From the human T2T-CHM13v2.0 reference genome, Homo sapiens, in the NCBI RefSeq assembly GCF_009914755.1, contig NC_060925.1: DNA of 64,000 nucleotides; one strand, given 5' to 3'. Under the pieces are notes generated by a model, which worked only from the letters and a program-made list of their open reading frames with translations, was not told the origin of the DNA and did no database searches. How positions within the stretch are numbered: position 1 is the stretch's first letter; each line of letters starts with the position of its first letter. A program made the translations under genes and the position numbers. Shown here piece after piece: positions 1 to 36,913 of this stretch.

Positions 1-673
1 CCAAGGAGACTACCCCAAAGAGAAAGTATTTCCAATTATTTTTCTTTATATTGGAATTCACTTTTTTTTAAAGTAGAAAAGTAAGACACTTTTGTAGAAT
101 GACTGTTTATTAAACTTATAACAGTGTTTTGTGGGTGTTTTTCCCCACAAACTGCTAAAAATAAGAGGAACAGTTTGGCCCATCCTGTCTTAGCTTCTGC
201 CTGCAATCACAATGGCCTTCACTGTTTTGAATCTATTTTTAGTTCATCAGGAACGTGAGGGTGGGAAGTGCTGCGTCATATAACAGATTAGGAGAAAGCC
301 CTATTTTAATGTCGTTTGTGAAATAAGAACTGAAACAGACAAGAAAAACTCTAGGAATGAGATTTCATGATTAGTATGTGTGGCTTTGAGTTGTGGTTTA
401 GGACACAAATTGAGGAATTGGAAGTTCTTTATACTTTTTTTTTTCTCTGTGAGATAGGGGAAAACAAAATTCTCTTAAAAAAGGACTTTTGTTTAACTTA
501 AAGGAGATTATGCCAGTCCTTTGGGTTAATGTTAAAAAAGTCAAGTAAACAATGAGAAAAATGTTTAATCATATTTTGGTGTGTTGTGACTATTTTTTGG
601 TGTGTATCTCATATGTTCTGTTTGTGATAAAAAGTGAGGTTGCATCTCTTAGTAGTCAAATTAATTAGATACA

Positions 674-1757
<1,084 letters not shown>

Positions 1758-2484
1758 GTAAACCTTTATACCTGTGATTGCACAAAGCCATTCTCTTGTG
1801 AGTCCCCTATCCAGATATTCCCAGGGCCTCAGGTTGCTAAACCAGTTCAAAGTTAACACCAGTGTAGAAGGCATTCAGACCACCCAAGGGCATTATCCTC
1901 TACTGAGAGCCCTGCTGTGGGCAGCCCAGAACGCTGCCCCCTGCATGGCTCTTCCTAAATTTTCCAGCGGATCTTTAAGATGGGGCAAAATGTATTCTCC
2001 CAATCTTCTCCTACTCCTTCTGTCATGTATGGACCTGCCTCTGTCTCTTAACTCTTTCTTCCTGCTTAATAGTCTGCAACATGCTTCACAAAGTCTTGAT
2101 TCTTCAACCTTTTTTGAAACCTTAGAATCCTTTCTTTCTTCAACCGCATATTATAGTGAGTCAGAACATTTATTCTCTGTTTATATCACTGAGTAGAACA
2201 TCTGAATTTAACATCTTGGGCTGAACTTGGCATTGAGGTTTAAGGTGACTTCATATTTTTTCCAACAATAGTGGGTATGCTCTTCCAATGATAATGATAA
2301 CGTCAACTAATAAATTAGTCAATTTTATGTTCAGTGCATTTTTCTAGTATTTCTCATTTATTCAGCAGATATTTAGAGAGTACCTACCATGTGTCAGACA
2401 CTGTTCTAGGCACTGGTGCAACGGAAGTTCTTGCTTTTAAGAAACTTCAATTAGGGGGATGGTAACTAAGCAATACACAAATAA

Positions 2485-4883
<2,399 letters not shown>

Positions 4884-5080
4884 AAAATACAGTTGTTAAA
4901 AACTCAAGTGATAGAGCTTGTAGGAATACTGGTAGAGCGAGTTATTCTCTCAGAAGAGTACTTTTGCTGAAGGCATATTGAGTTGTTAAACTCTGGTTTG
5001 GTTATGAATAATGTCATTCTCTGGCAGAATTGTGTTTCTGCTGATTAGTTATAGAATGCCCTTTTCCCCTCATGTTGTAG

Positions 5081-5326
<246 letters not shown>

Positions 5327-6492
5327 TGATGGTTGTGATGTTTCCAGAACAGATTAAAATGAAGCAGACATCAGCTCTTTAAAATCCTCCAAGCAGTAGT
5401 TTAAATATCATTGCAATGTGTTGTGTTATCGCTTTTTTTTTTATTGCAATCTGTTAAACCAATTGCTTTTCTTTCCATAACTTCCATCTTTTTTTTTTTC
5501 AAACAGGTTTAGGTATTATCTCTGATGACAAGATGATTAAGACTGAATTTGGTTCTGCTGATTTTATGAATTTGGTTGATGGTTTTAAGATAAAATAATC
5601 TGAAAATGCAAGATTAAAATAATGGTCAAAATGAACACCTCTAATTGCAGATTTCCTCGTCTTCATTCTGCATTGGCACAGAACTTTTTCTTTAACTTTT
5701 CAGAGGATAAAACTACCTGATAGGATGTTTAGAACTATCTCATTAAAAAGTAAAAGTTTATTTCTTTATAATAAATGAGCTGATGCTTGATATCCAGGAC
5801 TGTCTTTGTTGGGAAATGATATTTCTCATACTGTGTATTTGAAAATATCTCTCTTTTGTCTGTGAACTTTTCTATCAAATATAGTATTATTGTCATATAA
5901 TAATAATTACTATTTTATAATTAGGATTCTAGTTGCGTAAAGGGGGTGCTAAGAGAACTGCATTGATCATAATATCATCTAATAATTTGATAGCCTTCTG
6001 AATCATCTGTCTTCTTGATCTAGAATCGTGTCAATTAAAAGTATTTGCAGAGTTTTTGTTGCTGTACTTCTCGTTAGGTATCAGTGTAGACTATAGATAT
6101 ATATAAATGTTTATACCTAATGTGGTTCAACCAAAACATCTGTTAGTAATAAAGAAGATCCTTGCCTATAATGTTTCCTCTGTATGTCTCTGAGAAGCTC
6201 TGATGGTCTTCTGGTAGGATTGATGGGTTCAGGATTCCAAATGTGATTTTCCTTGGACACAGTACTGACAACAGTGCTCTTTGCCTCACCCTGGTCAGGC
6301 CATACCTGGAATGCTGGAATCTGTCCTGGAGAGAACCTCTCTCACTTTGTCTTACTTGCTTATTTAAACCAGGATCTTGGTTAAATCCCATTCCCCACCT
6401 ACACTGGAATAAGGCTATAGAAAAACTCAGAACCATTTGAACTAATTGAAAACTTTTGAAATGTCTGTCTCATTTCGAATTCATGATTACAT

Positions 6493-8540
<2,048 letters not shown>

Positions 8541-8761
8541 AAGCATAAGTGCAACACTGTGTAACAGCCCATATGCTGTTATCACAAACTAACAGAAAGG
8601 CTTGGGCATTCCCTAAACGGTTAGTTCTTGCCCGGGTACCTCTATGCTAAGTAGTCCTGATTATGTTTCTCACATAGTCATCATTATTCATAATCACAAA
8701 CAGTTGGATATTATTAGCCATACTTTGGTGGGTTGAATAAACAGATTTTCATGATTTCCTA

Positions 8762-10098
<1,337 letters not shown>

Positions 10099-10130
10099 TA
10101 GTCCCAGCTTCTTGCAGTGCCATCTGCTTC

Positions 10131-10492
10131 TGTAGTTTCCTAGGGCTGCTGTAACAACCTATCAAAAACTTTTGAAGGCTTACAGCAGCAGTATTATTTT
10201 CTCACAGTTCTAGAGGCTAGAAGTCCAAAGCCAAGGTGTTGGTAGGGCGATGCCTCCCAATAAGGGGAGAATCCTTTCTTCTGCCTTCCGATAGTTGCTG
10301 GCAGTCCTTGGCATTTCTTGGCTTGTGGCAACATAACTCCAGTCTTCACGTCCGTCTTCACATGGCCATCTTCGTTCTGTGTGTGTCTGTGTCCAAATTT
10401 CCCTCTTATGACAGCCACTGGATTAGGGACCACCGTAATTGAGTATGAGCTTATTTTAACTTGCTTACGTCTGCTAAGACCCTCCTTGCAAA
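10131..10492 (-). mobile_element. MLT1-family MaLR LTR
   Basis: tagtttcctagggctgctgtaaca...ttctcacagttctagaggctagaagtcca. Confidence 0.8.
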
Positions 10493-11067
10493 CAGGAGTA
10501 TTATTTCTTTGTTTTTGATCTGCATCTCCTCTTCCCTTTGAATGTAAGGTTAGGCAGGAGCCTTGCCAGTGTTGCTCATCCCCTTACCCCCAGCACCGTG
10601 CTTAGCACATGGCAAGCAGTCTGGAAATGCCAAGTGTTATGTGGCTAAATGAATGAAAGAAATATTTCTTGTTGGAAATGTTAGAAGCGAAGTAAGATTT
10701 GAGTTCTTTTGAAAAACAGCTGGCTGACATTGTTCCTCTCACCACAACCAGCTGGATTGTCTGTTTTTCCTGATGTGCTGAGTGCTGAGCAGAATTTTAA
10801 AAATCCTCAGTCTATTCATTTTCTTCTAAAATTAGAAAAAAAGTTATTATATAAAATATTTCAAATGTACATGATAACATAACTAGTGCCTATGGAACCA
10901 AGTCCACAGGTCATTGCTGTTCCAGACTTGCCATTCCAGATATTTCTTCATGTTTTACTGCATTGTTATGTGGCACTGCTCTTGGCTCTCTTAGAACTTT
11001 ATATATATGGGTGATGCTTTTCCTACAGATGAATGCCACTTTTTTATAGTTAACACTGATTATGCTA

Positions 11068-15586
<4,519 letters not shown>

Positions 15587-15686
15587 TCAGATGATGGTAA
15601 TTATAGAGGAAAAGAGAGCAGTATGTTGGCATAAGTACCACTGGGGGTGTGTACATAATCACTGTAGGTCCTATTAAGAAGGCGAC

Positions 15687-16256
15687 TTTTTTTTTTTTTT
15701 TTTTTTTTTTTACTTTAAGTTCTGGGATACATGTGCAGAACGTGCAGGTTTGTTACATAGGTACACATGTGCCATGGTGGTTTGCTGCACCTATCAACTC
15801 ATCATCTAGATTTTAAGCCTCTCATGCATTAGGTATTTGTCCTAATGCTCTCCCTCCCCTTGACCCCACCCTCCCCCTATTAGGCCCCAGTGTGTTGCTC
15901 CCCTCCCTGTGTCCCTGTGTTCTCATTGTTCAACTCCCATTTATGAGTGAGAATGTGCAGTGTTTGGTTTTCTGTTTCTGTGTTAGTTTACTGAGGATGG
16001 TGGCTTCCACCTTCATCCATGTCCCTGCAAAGGACATGATCTCATTCTTTTTTACGGCTGCATAGTATTGCATGGTGTATATGTACCACACTTTTTTTAA
16101 TCTATCATCGATGGGCATTTGGGTTGGTTCCATGTCTTTGCTATTGTAAATAGTGCTATCGTGTACATGTGTCTTTATGGTAGAATGATTTATATTCCTT
16201 TGGGTGTATATACCCAGTAATGAGATTGCTGGGTCAAATGGTATTTCTGGTTCTAG
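15687..16256 (-). mobile_element. 5'-truncated L1PA 3' end, inserted into an L2 relic
   Basis: poly-T then tactttaagttctgggatacatgtgcagaacgtgcagg; ORF 15930..16133 resembles the L1 ORF2 C-terminus; degenerate TSD aagaaggcgac / aagaatgtgac. Confidence 0.9.
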
Positions 16257-17722
16257 AAGAATGTGACATTTTTAGCAGAGGCCTGAATGAAGTGAGTAAG
16301 CAAACCAAGTGGATATCTGTGGGGCAATCTTTGCAGACAGAAGGAAAACAGATGCAAAGGTCCTGGGGCAAGAATGGACTTGCCAGTGATTGATGCAAGG
16401 CAGGGCTAGAGCAGTCATCTTCAATTTCCCCTCATTTTCCTTCTCCAATTTTGAGTCTTTAATGAACATTATGATTGCTTATTAGTACATCTGTAGGAAT
16501 GTCAACAAGATCAAAGCCATTCTTTTATGGTAAGTTGTCTTTGGCTAAGAATGCTATCCACAATGACAATGAAATTCTAACTTTGGTCCTATCATTGATT
16601 GCTATATTAAAATCCTTTTTTCTTTTTTTCCTCTTCTACTTGGTCCAGAGCTTGGGAGAAAGAATTCGAGGGTGGTTAAGCAGCTGGCTAGAGGCAGAGG
16701 CTCAGACAGAAGCCCCAAGGCCTGAGGGCTGCAGCAGGAACCCTAAAAGGCTACTGAGTTCAGGAGGCTCCTAGAAGAGGTTGAAATCCTTTGCTTTTTG
16801 CTTATTCATTTTAATTATGAGTTGGAACAGGTGTGTCCTATGCTGGCATGGGTACTTCCTCGAATTGGACTGGCCTTCGGGCCCCCAAAGGGGTATGTTT
16901 TATTAGTTCTGGGCTTTATCTTACAGCATTATTCCTAGGGTCATACTAATTACTTTGTGAATCTGGTTAAAGTGCTCATGATATCTTGTTCTTGAGACGT
17001 GTGCAGTGCTGGGAATCAATACACTTCCTGTTTTGACTTGGGGTTGATTCTTGCACTTTTCCCTATCCGCAGCCCCCACCCCCTGCCCCATTTTTGCTAA
17101 CCTGGTCCTGCAACCTCTGCTGTGCTTGTAGTTTTACCAACTGCCTGCTTCTGACTCCAAACTGCCCAGTAGCACTCTCCCCACACAGTGGGATGTGAAC
17201 TGTGCCACGGTACTGCATGGCCTTTGTCATGTGCCCAAGCCTAGCAAAGGCACAGGGGCAAATACTGTGTGTGAGAGTGATTTCTATACCATGTGTTCCT
17301 GTCCCTTAAGGATCTTATGGCTTAGTAGGAGAGATAATACATGTCACTCACCTGCTTGAAAGCCTTCCTCGTCTCCTTATTTCCAATTATAATCTAATCC
17401 GAGGGCTTGCAAGGTGCTGTATCATCATGTTCCACCCTCTTCATGTAATTCACTATCTTGATTTTCAGAGCATGTTCCCTGTTGCTGTCCCAGTCAACAT
17501 ATTCACCCCAAAAGGCCTATAACCAGTAGAGATCGTGCCACACAAACCACTCTTAGTTTTGGGTGCATTTGTCTGGTCTTCCAAACTAGATTGAAAGCTC
17601 TGAAAAAAAAAACTATCTTGTGTTTCTATCTGTTGAGCTCATAGTAGGTATCCAGGAAGTAGTAGGGTTGACTGCATTGATTTGGGACTACACTGGGAGT
17701 TTTCTTCGCCATCTCCCTTTAG

Positions 17723-20025
<2,303 letters not shown>

Positions 20026-20354
20026 TCCCCGTCTCTTTTTTAGTACTTAGGTATGCTAAAAGTGGACAAGACCAGAGCAGATGTTGTGGTAACAAGGCAA
20101 ATCTGTTCTTTACAGTGGAGTTTGCCCTGATTTCTCATTCTGTTCTCGTCTGACGCATACAGGTGTATCTATAGAACTTGTAAACACGTTCACATTGGTT
20201 TTTTTCATTGGCTCCTCAAAGTAGAACTATGAAGTAGGCTGCACAGATGCCAGTATTACCAGAGCATAGGTAAAAATATTAAGTAAGAAGACTTAAGATC
20301 ACAAAACTAGAAATGATGGAACTGGGTTCCAGTCCTAGTTTCTTTGTAAAATGA

Positions 20355-21230
20355 ACATTTATTTTGGACTAACTTTCAATGTACAGAAAAGTTATGAAGA
20401 TAGTATACAGGATTCCTGTGTACCCTTCATCCAGTCTCCCCTAATGTTAATGTCTGGTTCATTTGTCAAAACTAAGGGATTAGCCTGGATATGATTTTGA
20501 CTAAACTAAACATGAGTCTCCTTAGTCTCCATTGGTCTACAACAGTATCTCAGTTCTGTTTTCATGATCTTCACAGTTTTGAAGAATACTAGTCATTACT
20601 TTGTAGAATGTCCCTTAATTTGGCTTTGTCTGGTGTTTTGCTCATGATAAGACTGGGGTTGTGGGTTTTGGGGAAGATTATGTCACACAGGTGAAGTGCC
20701 CTTCCCATCACATCGTATCAGGGGTATATAATATCCACATGATGTCCCTGGTGCTGTTAAACATCATCACATGCTTGAGTTAGTGCTGGCCGTGTTTCTC
20801 CACTTAAACTTAGTATTTTTCCCTTTCCATATTCAGTTCTTTGGTATCGAGTTCCTAAGTCCATCCCACACTTAAGGGGTGGGAATTAAACTTCACCTAC
20901 TGGAGTGGGGAAGTACATATGTAATCTGGAATTCTATGAGGAAAACTTGTCCCTTCTCCCCTGCTATGTATTTAATCTCTTAGATCAGTATGAACTCACA
21001 CACATTTATTTTATACTTTGGGTTATGATTTCAGTAGCAACATTACTTATTTTACAGGAATTATTCCAGCTTTGACCATGGGAGCTCTTTCAAGTTGGAT
21101 CCTTGGTCCATTTGACATGCCTCTTCTTTTATATTTTTGAGCACTGTCTTTCTAGCACCGTATGATGCTCTAGACTTATCTTGGATTTTTCCTGCCCCAG
21201 CCCTAGAAATCAGCCAGTTCTCCAAGGAGC
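20355..21230 (-). mobile_element. Old L1M (L1MB/MC-like) 3' fragment
   Basis: tacagaaaagtt...cccttcatccagtctcccctaatgttaa; ccagccctagaaatcagccagttctccaagga. Confidence 0.7.
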
Positions 21231-21412
21231 AGTCCTGGTCTACTGACTCCAGATGTATGATTCTATGCATGATTCTGCCTTTTGACACTAAGGAGAGGAA
21301 TATTCTGTCTTGTAAATATGAAGATCAAAGTGATTTTCTAATTCCGGCTGTTGGTTTTCTTATCCCAGTATTTAAGATACCATTGTTGTTCTTCACAGAC
21401 TTGAAATGTCAT

Positions 21413-28138
<6,726 letters not shown>

Positions 28139-28472
28139 TGGTTTATTAATATATCTTCTTTTGGGCGCATTTCAAGGATTTTTCTGGACTATCATGGAAG
28201 TTAATTTGTATTTCTAATTTGTATTTGTGGGCCATAGTTTGAATTGGTGCAAGAGAGGTGATGAGGGGTGAGTTTTAGGCATTAGGTGTAGCTCTGTTAC
28301 TGACCTCATATGAAGTATATTGATAACTTATGATTTCTTAGTAATGTTCCTATGATTTTATTGTTTCCAGCTTTTTATATAATCTTCTGATAGAAATTCC
28401 TCGGTTGCTGCAATGTCATGATGGGTGACTGCAGATTGTGCGTGTTTACTGTCGCTATTACAAATAACTTGA

Positions 28473-28655
<183 letters not shown>

Positions 28656-28752
28656 TAAAATGAAGCCAGTTTTCTAATATGCTCTTTTATTTAGGGAAAG
28701 AGAAAGATCCATTCACTTTAGCCTCTAGTCCATAGTCAGAAATGCCAGCTAG

Positions 28753-28953
<201 letters not shown>

Positions 28954-29580
28954 TGAGTAGCTGGGATTACAGGTGTGTGCCACCATGCCTGGCTAATTTT
29001 TGTATTTTTAGTAGAGACAGGGTTTCAGCTGTTGGCCAGGCTGGTCTCAAACTCCTGGCCTCAAGAGATCTTCCTGCCTTGGCCTCCCAAAGGACTGGGA
29101 TTACAGGTATGAGCCACTGTGCGTGGCCCACTATACTTGCATATTAAATGTCTTTTATGAAATAATGGTGTAGTCAGTTAAAAAAAATCTATTGTTCTCA
29201 TTTTGTAAATATAAAGTTGGCAAGCATATGCCTCTCCCTAAAACTTTTACTAATTAGTGAAATTTAAAAGTTTGGAATATTTCATACAGGTAAGCCAAAT
29301 AAATACCCTATTTGCTTCGTACGGATCAAGGTGTCTTGAAAGAGCCCTCCTGTGTTGCATATGTGCCAAAAATGGGTGGTAAGAGTGGCTGAGGTATTGA
29401 CTCCTTTCATGGTTGAGCAAGTCAGACTCCTTGGACCTGGCTCCTCTCCCCTCAAGCAGTGGCCTCGGTTTGTGTCAGTGGGCTAAACAGATGAAGAGGG
29501 GAATTAAGTCCGGGCTCGATGGCTCATGCCTGTAATCCTAGCACTTTGGGAGGCCGAGGCAGGTGGATCACTTGAGGTCA

Positions 29581-30143
<563 letters not shown>

Positions 30144-30521
30144 CTAGAAATGAAAAGGTAATTTACATTGAGAACTTGCTGTAAGAGTTAAATAGGGGTT
30201 AGACATAGCTGAAGAAAGAATTGACAAACTGAAAGAGCTGAGGAAATTACCCAGAACGTACCACAAAGAACAAAGCAGATGAAAAATATAAAAGATATTT
30301 AGAGATACAGAGGACAGAGTCCTTGGTTTCTCCTGAAATGTATCTAGGATTGAAATTTCTGGGTAGAAAATTAAAATTGTAGTGAATGCAGATGTTCAGC
30401 TTTAAAAAAGAAAAAAAAGACAACAGGGGTCCAGGATATATCTAAACATCAAAAAGGGAGAATAGAGAGTTGGAGAGATTTCCTTCTGCTCACTCTTATT
30501 CCACATTTTTTTCTCTACTGG

Positions 30522-30597
30522 TTTGAAAGATATTATTTTAAAAAATCAGGCCAGGAGCATTTGAAAGATATTATTTTAAAAAATCAGGCCAGGAGCA
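30522..30597. repeat. Perfect 38-bp tandem duplication
   Basis: tttgaaagatattattttaaaaaatcaggccaggagca x2. Confidence 0.97.
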
Positions 30598-30605
30598 GTG
30601 GCTTA

Positions 30606-31223
<618 letters not shown>

Positions 31224-31463
31224 TAAGTTTGCTTTAAAATAATACAATATAATATAAATATAGTATATCATGATCAATTTAGGCTTACTTTAGGAATGCA
31301 AGGATGCATTGATATTAGAAAATCTATAAATATCATCTACCATATTGCATGTTAAAAAGAAAATCCTTATAATGTTGGTAGCTGCAAGAGTTTGATAAAA
31401 TTCCACATTAATTCATGGTAATAAGAAAATGAGGAACAGAAAGGAGTATCTTTAAACTCACAG

Positions 31464-31821
31464 TGTGGCACAGACAAAGTTCACCAAATATTCCACAGGC
31501 TCCCCAGAATTTCCCATTCTCTTTTACAGTTAGATTGGGGCCAATGACTAGTTCTGTCCTGTAGACTATGAACTAGAGTGACGTGTCACTTTTAGATGAA
31601 GGCAGTTGAGCCAATGTTCCTCCTCCGTCCCTCTCTTCTCTTGCTCCAGTGACCTTGGAGGCTGTGTATTGCAGATGGCATAGATTAAAGATGGAGTAAG
31701 GATGCTTCACTCTCATCAGACTTTGTGTAAGCAAGAACTAAATCCTTACAGTGTTAAGCCTCTTAAGATTTCAGAGTGTATGTGTTACTACAGTATAGCC
31801 TGTCTTACTCTAACTAATATA
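31464..31821 (+). mobile_element. Old MLT1 (I/J-like) MaLR LTR
   Basis: cagttagattggggcc...gtgacgtgtcactt...gttaagcctcttaagattt...taactaatata. Confidence 0.65.
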
Positions 31822-32077
31822 AAGGGCATCTACCAAAAAACTACAGCAACTCTCCTATTCAGTGGTGAGAAGTTAGCATCATTTTCTGTAAAATCAGCAA
31901 TAAGAACAAGGATGACTGCTATTTCTTCTTGTATTTAGCAGTGCAGTAAAACAAGTAAGGATTGGAATGGAAGAAACAACAGTAATAATTTGCAGATAAA
32001 TTATTTACATGTTGGCTGGGCACAGTGGCTCACACCTGTAATCCCAGCACTTTTGGGAGGCCGAAGCAGACAGATCA

Positions 32078-32296
<219 letters not shown>

Positions 32297-33631
32297 CTAA
32301 AAAAGAAAAAATTATTTACATGTAAACTTTCTATGTATAAATAAATAAGTTGCTTATAAGAAGTGTATATTTAAAATCAGTTGCATTCCTGTCTGCCAGC
32401 AACAAAAAGTTAGAAAACGTAATTTTTAAAAAGGTGCCATTCACAATTTCATTAAAAAGTATTAACATATGGTACCTAGGAATAAATTTAGCAAAAGAAG
32501 TATAAAATTTTTATAGAGAAAATTACTAAAGCTTATTGATAGACCTTAAAGAAGATCTTAATACTTGGAGAGTAATGAAAACTCAGTAATATATTACTTC
32601 TCCCCAAGTTGATCTCTAAGAGTGAAAAAAATTTTGGTCAAAATCCCGGGAGGGTTTTTAAGGAATTCCTCAGGCTGATTCCTAAGTATGTGTAGAAGAG
32701 GAAAGAGCCAAGGATAGCAAAACCTCTTAAAGGAGAAGAATAAAGTGGAGACATTGACCTAGCAGATATCAAGATTTGTGAAGTTTTAGTAATTAAGACA
32801 AAGTGGTATTGGCCAGGGACAGACAAATTGTCTAACAGAACAGTAATGAGTCTCCAGAAATAGACCCACTCGTTAATGAAAATTGGACACGTGACATAGG
32901 AGCTTTCATATTAATGTAAAAAGGATGATCTTTCCAGTAAATGGTGCTAGGGCAATTGTTCAATCGGGGATAAATGATATGTACTTAACCAGTTTTTATA
33001 ATAAGACTTCAGTTGAGTTTTTTATTTTCTTAATTAAATTTTTTATTTTTATTTTTTATTTTTTTGAGATGGAGTCTCGCTCTGTCGCCCAGGCTGGAGT
33101 GCAGTGGCGCAGTCTTGGCTCACTGCGAGCTCTGCCTCCCGGGTTCAGGCCATTCTCCCGCCTCGGCCTCCTGAGTAGCTGGGCCTACAGGTGCCCACCA
33201 CCATGCCCGGCTAATTTTTTGTATTTTTTAGTAGAGACGGGTTTCACCATGTTCGCCAGGATGGTCTCGATTTCCTGACCTTGTGATCCGCCCACCTCGG
33301 CCTCCCAAAGTGCTGGGATTACAGGTGTGAGCCATCGTGCCTGGCCTATTTTCTCAATTAAATTTTTAAAAATGTTTATTTAATTTTTTTTAGAGCCAGA
33401 GTCTTGCTATGCTGCCCAGGCTGGGATACAGTGGTTATTCACAGGCACAGTAATAGTGCATACAGCCTCAAACTTCTGGGCTAAAGTGATCCTCCAGCTT
33501 CAGCCTCCTAGGTAGCTCGGACCATAGGCGCATGCCAATATACCTGGCCTGGTTGAATTTTATGTCATTTTAAAATACTATATATAGGTAACCTACTTTA
33601 ATGATATACTTTTATTTATTTATTTATTTGA

Positions 33632-33772
<141 letters not shown>

Positions 33773-34130
33773 TGACTAATTTTATATTTTTAGTAGAGAT
33801 GGGGTTTCTCCATGTTGGTCAGGCTGATCTCGAACTCCTGACCTCAGGTGATCCACCTGCCTTGGCCTCCCAAAGTGCTGGGATTACAGGCGTGAGCCAC
33901 TGCACTCGGCCAATGATATACTTTTAAAAAGTAAGCCCAAGAAAATGACAACTTAGGAAAAATATTTCCAACATGTATAAGAGACAAATTGTTTAGATCC
34001 TAATTTATGAAGAACTCTTAAAAATTAATAAGAAAAAAGATGGACCATTATCATTTTCCTTTCCTGATTAACTGATATTTTAAAACATTTTCTCACCCAG
34101 CAGCTACAGTGACATTGTGCGGATTTATAA

Positions 34131-34265
<135 letters not shown>

Positions 34266-34501
34266 TGAAGCCCTTGGTACAGGTAATAGAAATAAACACA
34301 TTTCATGTCTTGTATCTGTAGAGTCTGTTAGATTGGGGCCACCCGAAATCAGGAAGTCCTAGGCAGGTGATTATTTTTATTCTTTTGAGGAAAAATGAAT
34401 AACCTAGATTACCCTTATTCATGAAAGTGTAACTCAGTCCTTTGATCTGATAATATCCATCTGTTTTTGGTTCAGGGCCATGATTTTATCAGTAAATTTA
34501 G

Positions 34502-34771
<270 letters not shown>

Positions 34772-35034
34772 TAGCCAGGATGGTCTTGATCTATTGACCT
34801 TATGATCCACCTGCCTTGGCTTCCCAAAGTGTGGGATTACAGGCGTGAGCCACTGCGCCTGGCCTGGTCTTTTGCTTTTAAGCAAGTAGATCATCACATC
34901 TTTAGCAGTATTCTGAGGAAAATGACTGGGAATTGAAGCAAGAATATGTAGAATCTAGTCGCAAGTAGAAGGTTTTGGAAAACATGAAGCCTTTATATTT
35001 GAATATCACCTGAGCTTAGTGCTCTGCATTTAGG

Positions 35035-35060
35035 GTGTGTGTGTGTGTGTGTGTGTGTGT
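35035..35060 (+). repeat. (GT)13 microsatellite
   Basis: Read directly. Confidence 0.95.
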
Positions 35061-35445
35061 ATTAATATAGATAATTACATCACTTTCTGTTTAGTAAATT
35101 ATTAGGAATCCTTTAGCAACACATGTTAATGATTATTGGAAGTTGCACTGTAAACAAAAATAAAGACAAACAAAGGAAAAAATAAGAAGTTGCACTGTAG
35201 CCTCCTAGTGGTGCAGTGCTTTATTTTGTATAGTTCTTTAATGTTTACAAAATTCTTTTTTATATGCTGTTTTATCTGTGGTGGTATGTAATGAGAAATG
35301 TTACAATTTTGAAAAATTCCTGGAGGAAAATTGGTCATGCACCTGGAGTGTTAACCTGGTCCTATGGAATTCAGAAAAGTAAATAGATAGGATATGTACA
35401 TCCTCTGTCACATATTTTTCCTTGGTGACTTTTGATAATGACTTT

Positions 35446-35488
<43 letters not shown>

Positions 35489-35982
35489 AGACAGGGCCTC
35501 ACTCTGTTGCCCAGGCTGGAGTGCAATGGCGTGATCTTGGTTCACCACAACCTCCGCCTCCTGGGTTCAAGCGATTCTCCTGCCTCAGCCTCCCAAGTAG
35601 CTCCGAGTAGCCAGGCCCGCAACCGCGCCTGGCTAATTTTTGTATTTTTAGTAGAGACAGGGTTTCACCATGTTGGCCAGGCTGGTCTTGAGCTCCTGAC
35701 CTCAGGTGATCCACTGGCCTCGGCCTTCCAGAATGCTGGGATTACAGGTGTGAGCCACCACGCCCGGCCATCTTTGCTCTTTTATGCTCCCCATAGATTG
35801 TATTGTAAGCTCATGAGACTTAGATGTTGTAACTTTGATGTTATAGGAATAGGCTTACTTTTCCCCTAATCAGTGGGTGAATGGTTTCATGCATTTTTAA
35901 AATATCATCACTAATAATGAATTAAATCAGAATAACGTATTCCTATTGAAACACCTAACTCATACCTCTTATTTGAAATTAA

Positions 35983-36264
<282 letters not shown>

Positions 36265-36412
36265 TGATGACAGGGATACTTCTTGATGAGGACACAATTG
36301 TTTAGCCACTTTCTTCCCTTTCCACTGATCTTATCGATAACTTATTTTTCATTTCCATGATTTCTATAATACTATGTAAATAGGTTAATGGTCTCCATTT
36401 TCTCAGGGTTGA

Positions 36413-36913
<501 letters not shown>

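Noticed and set aside
1774-2196. 140-aa ORF in intron 1
   Set aside because: Non-ATG start, Leu/Ser-rich low-complexity composition, no recognisable domain or splice context
15930-16133. ORF with protein-like sequence
   Set aside because: Degenerate L1 ORF2 C-terminus in a truncated L1PA
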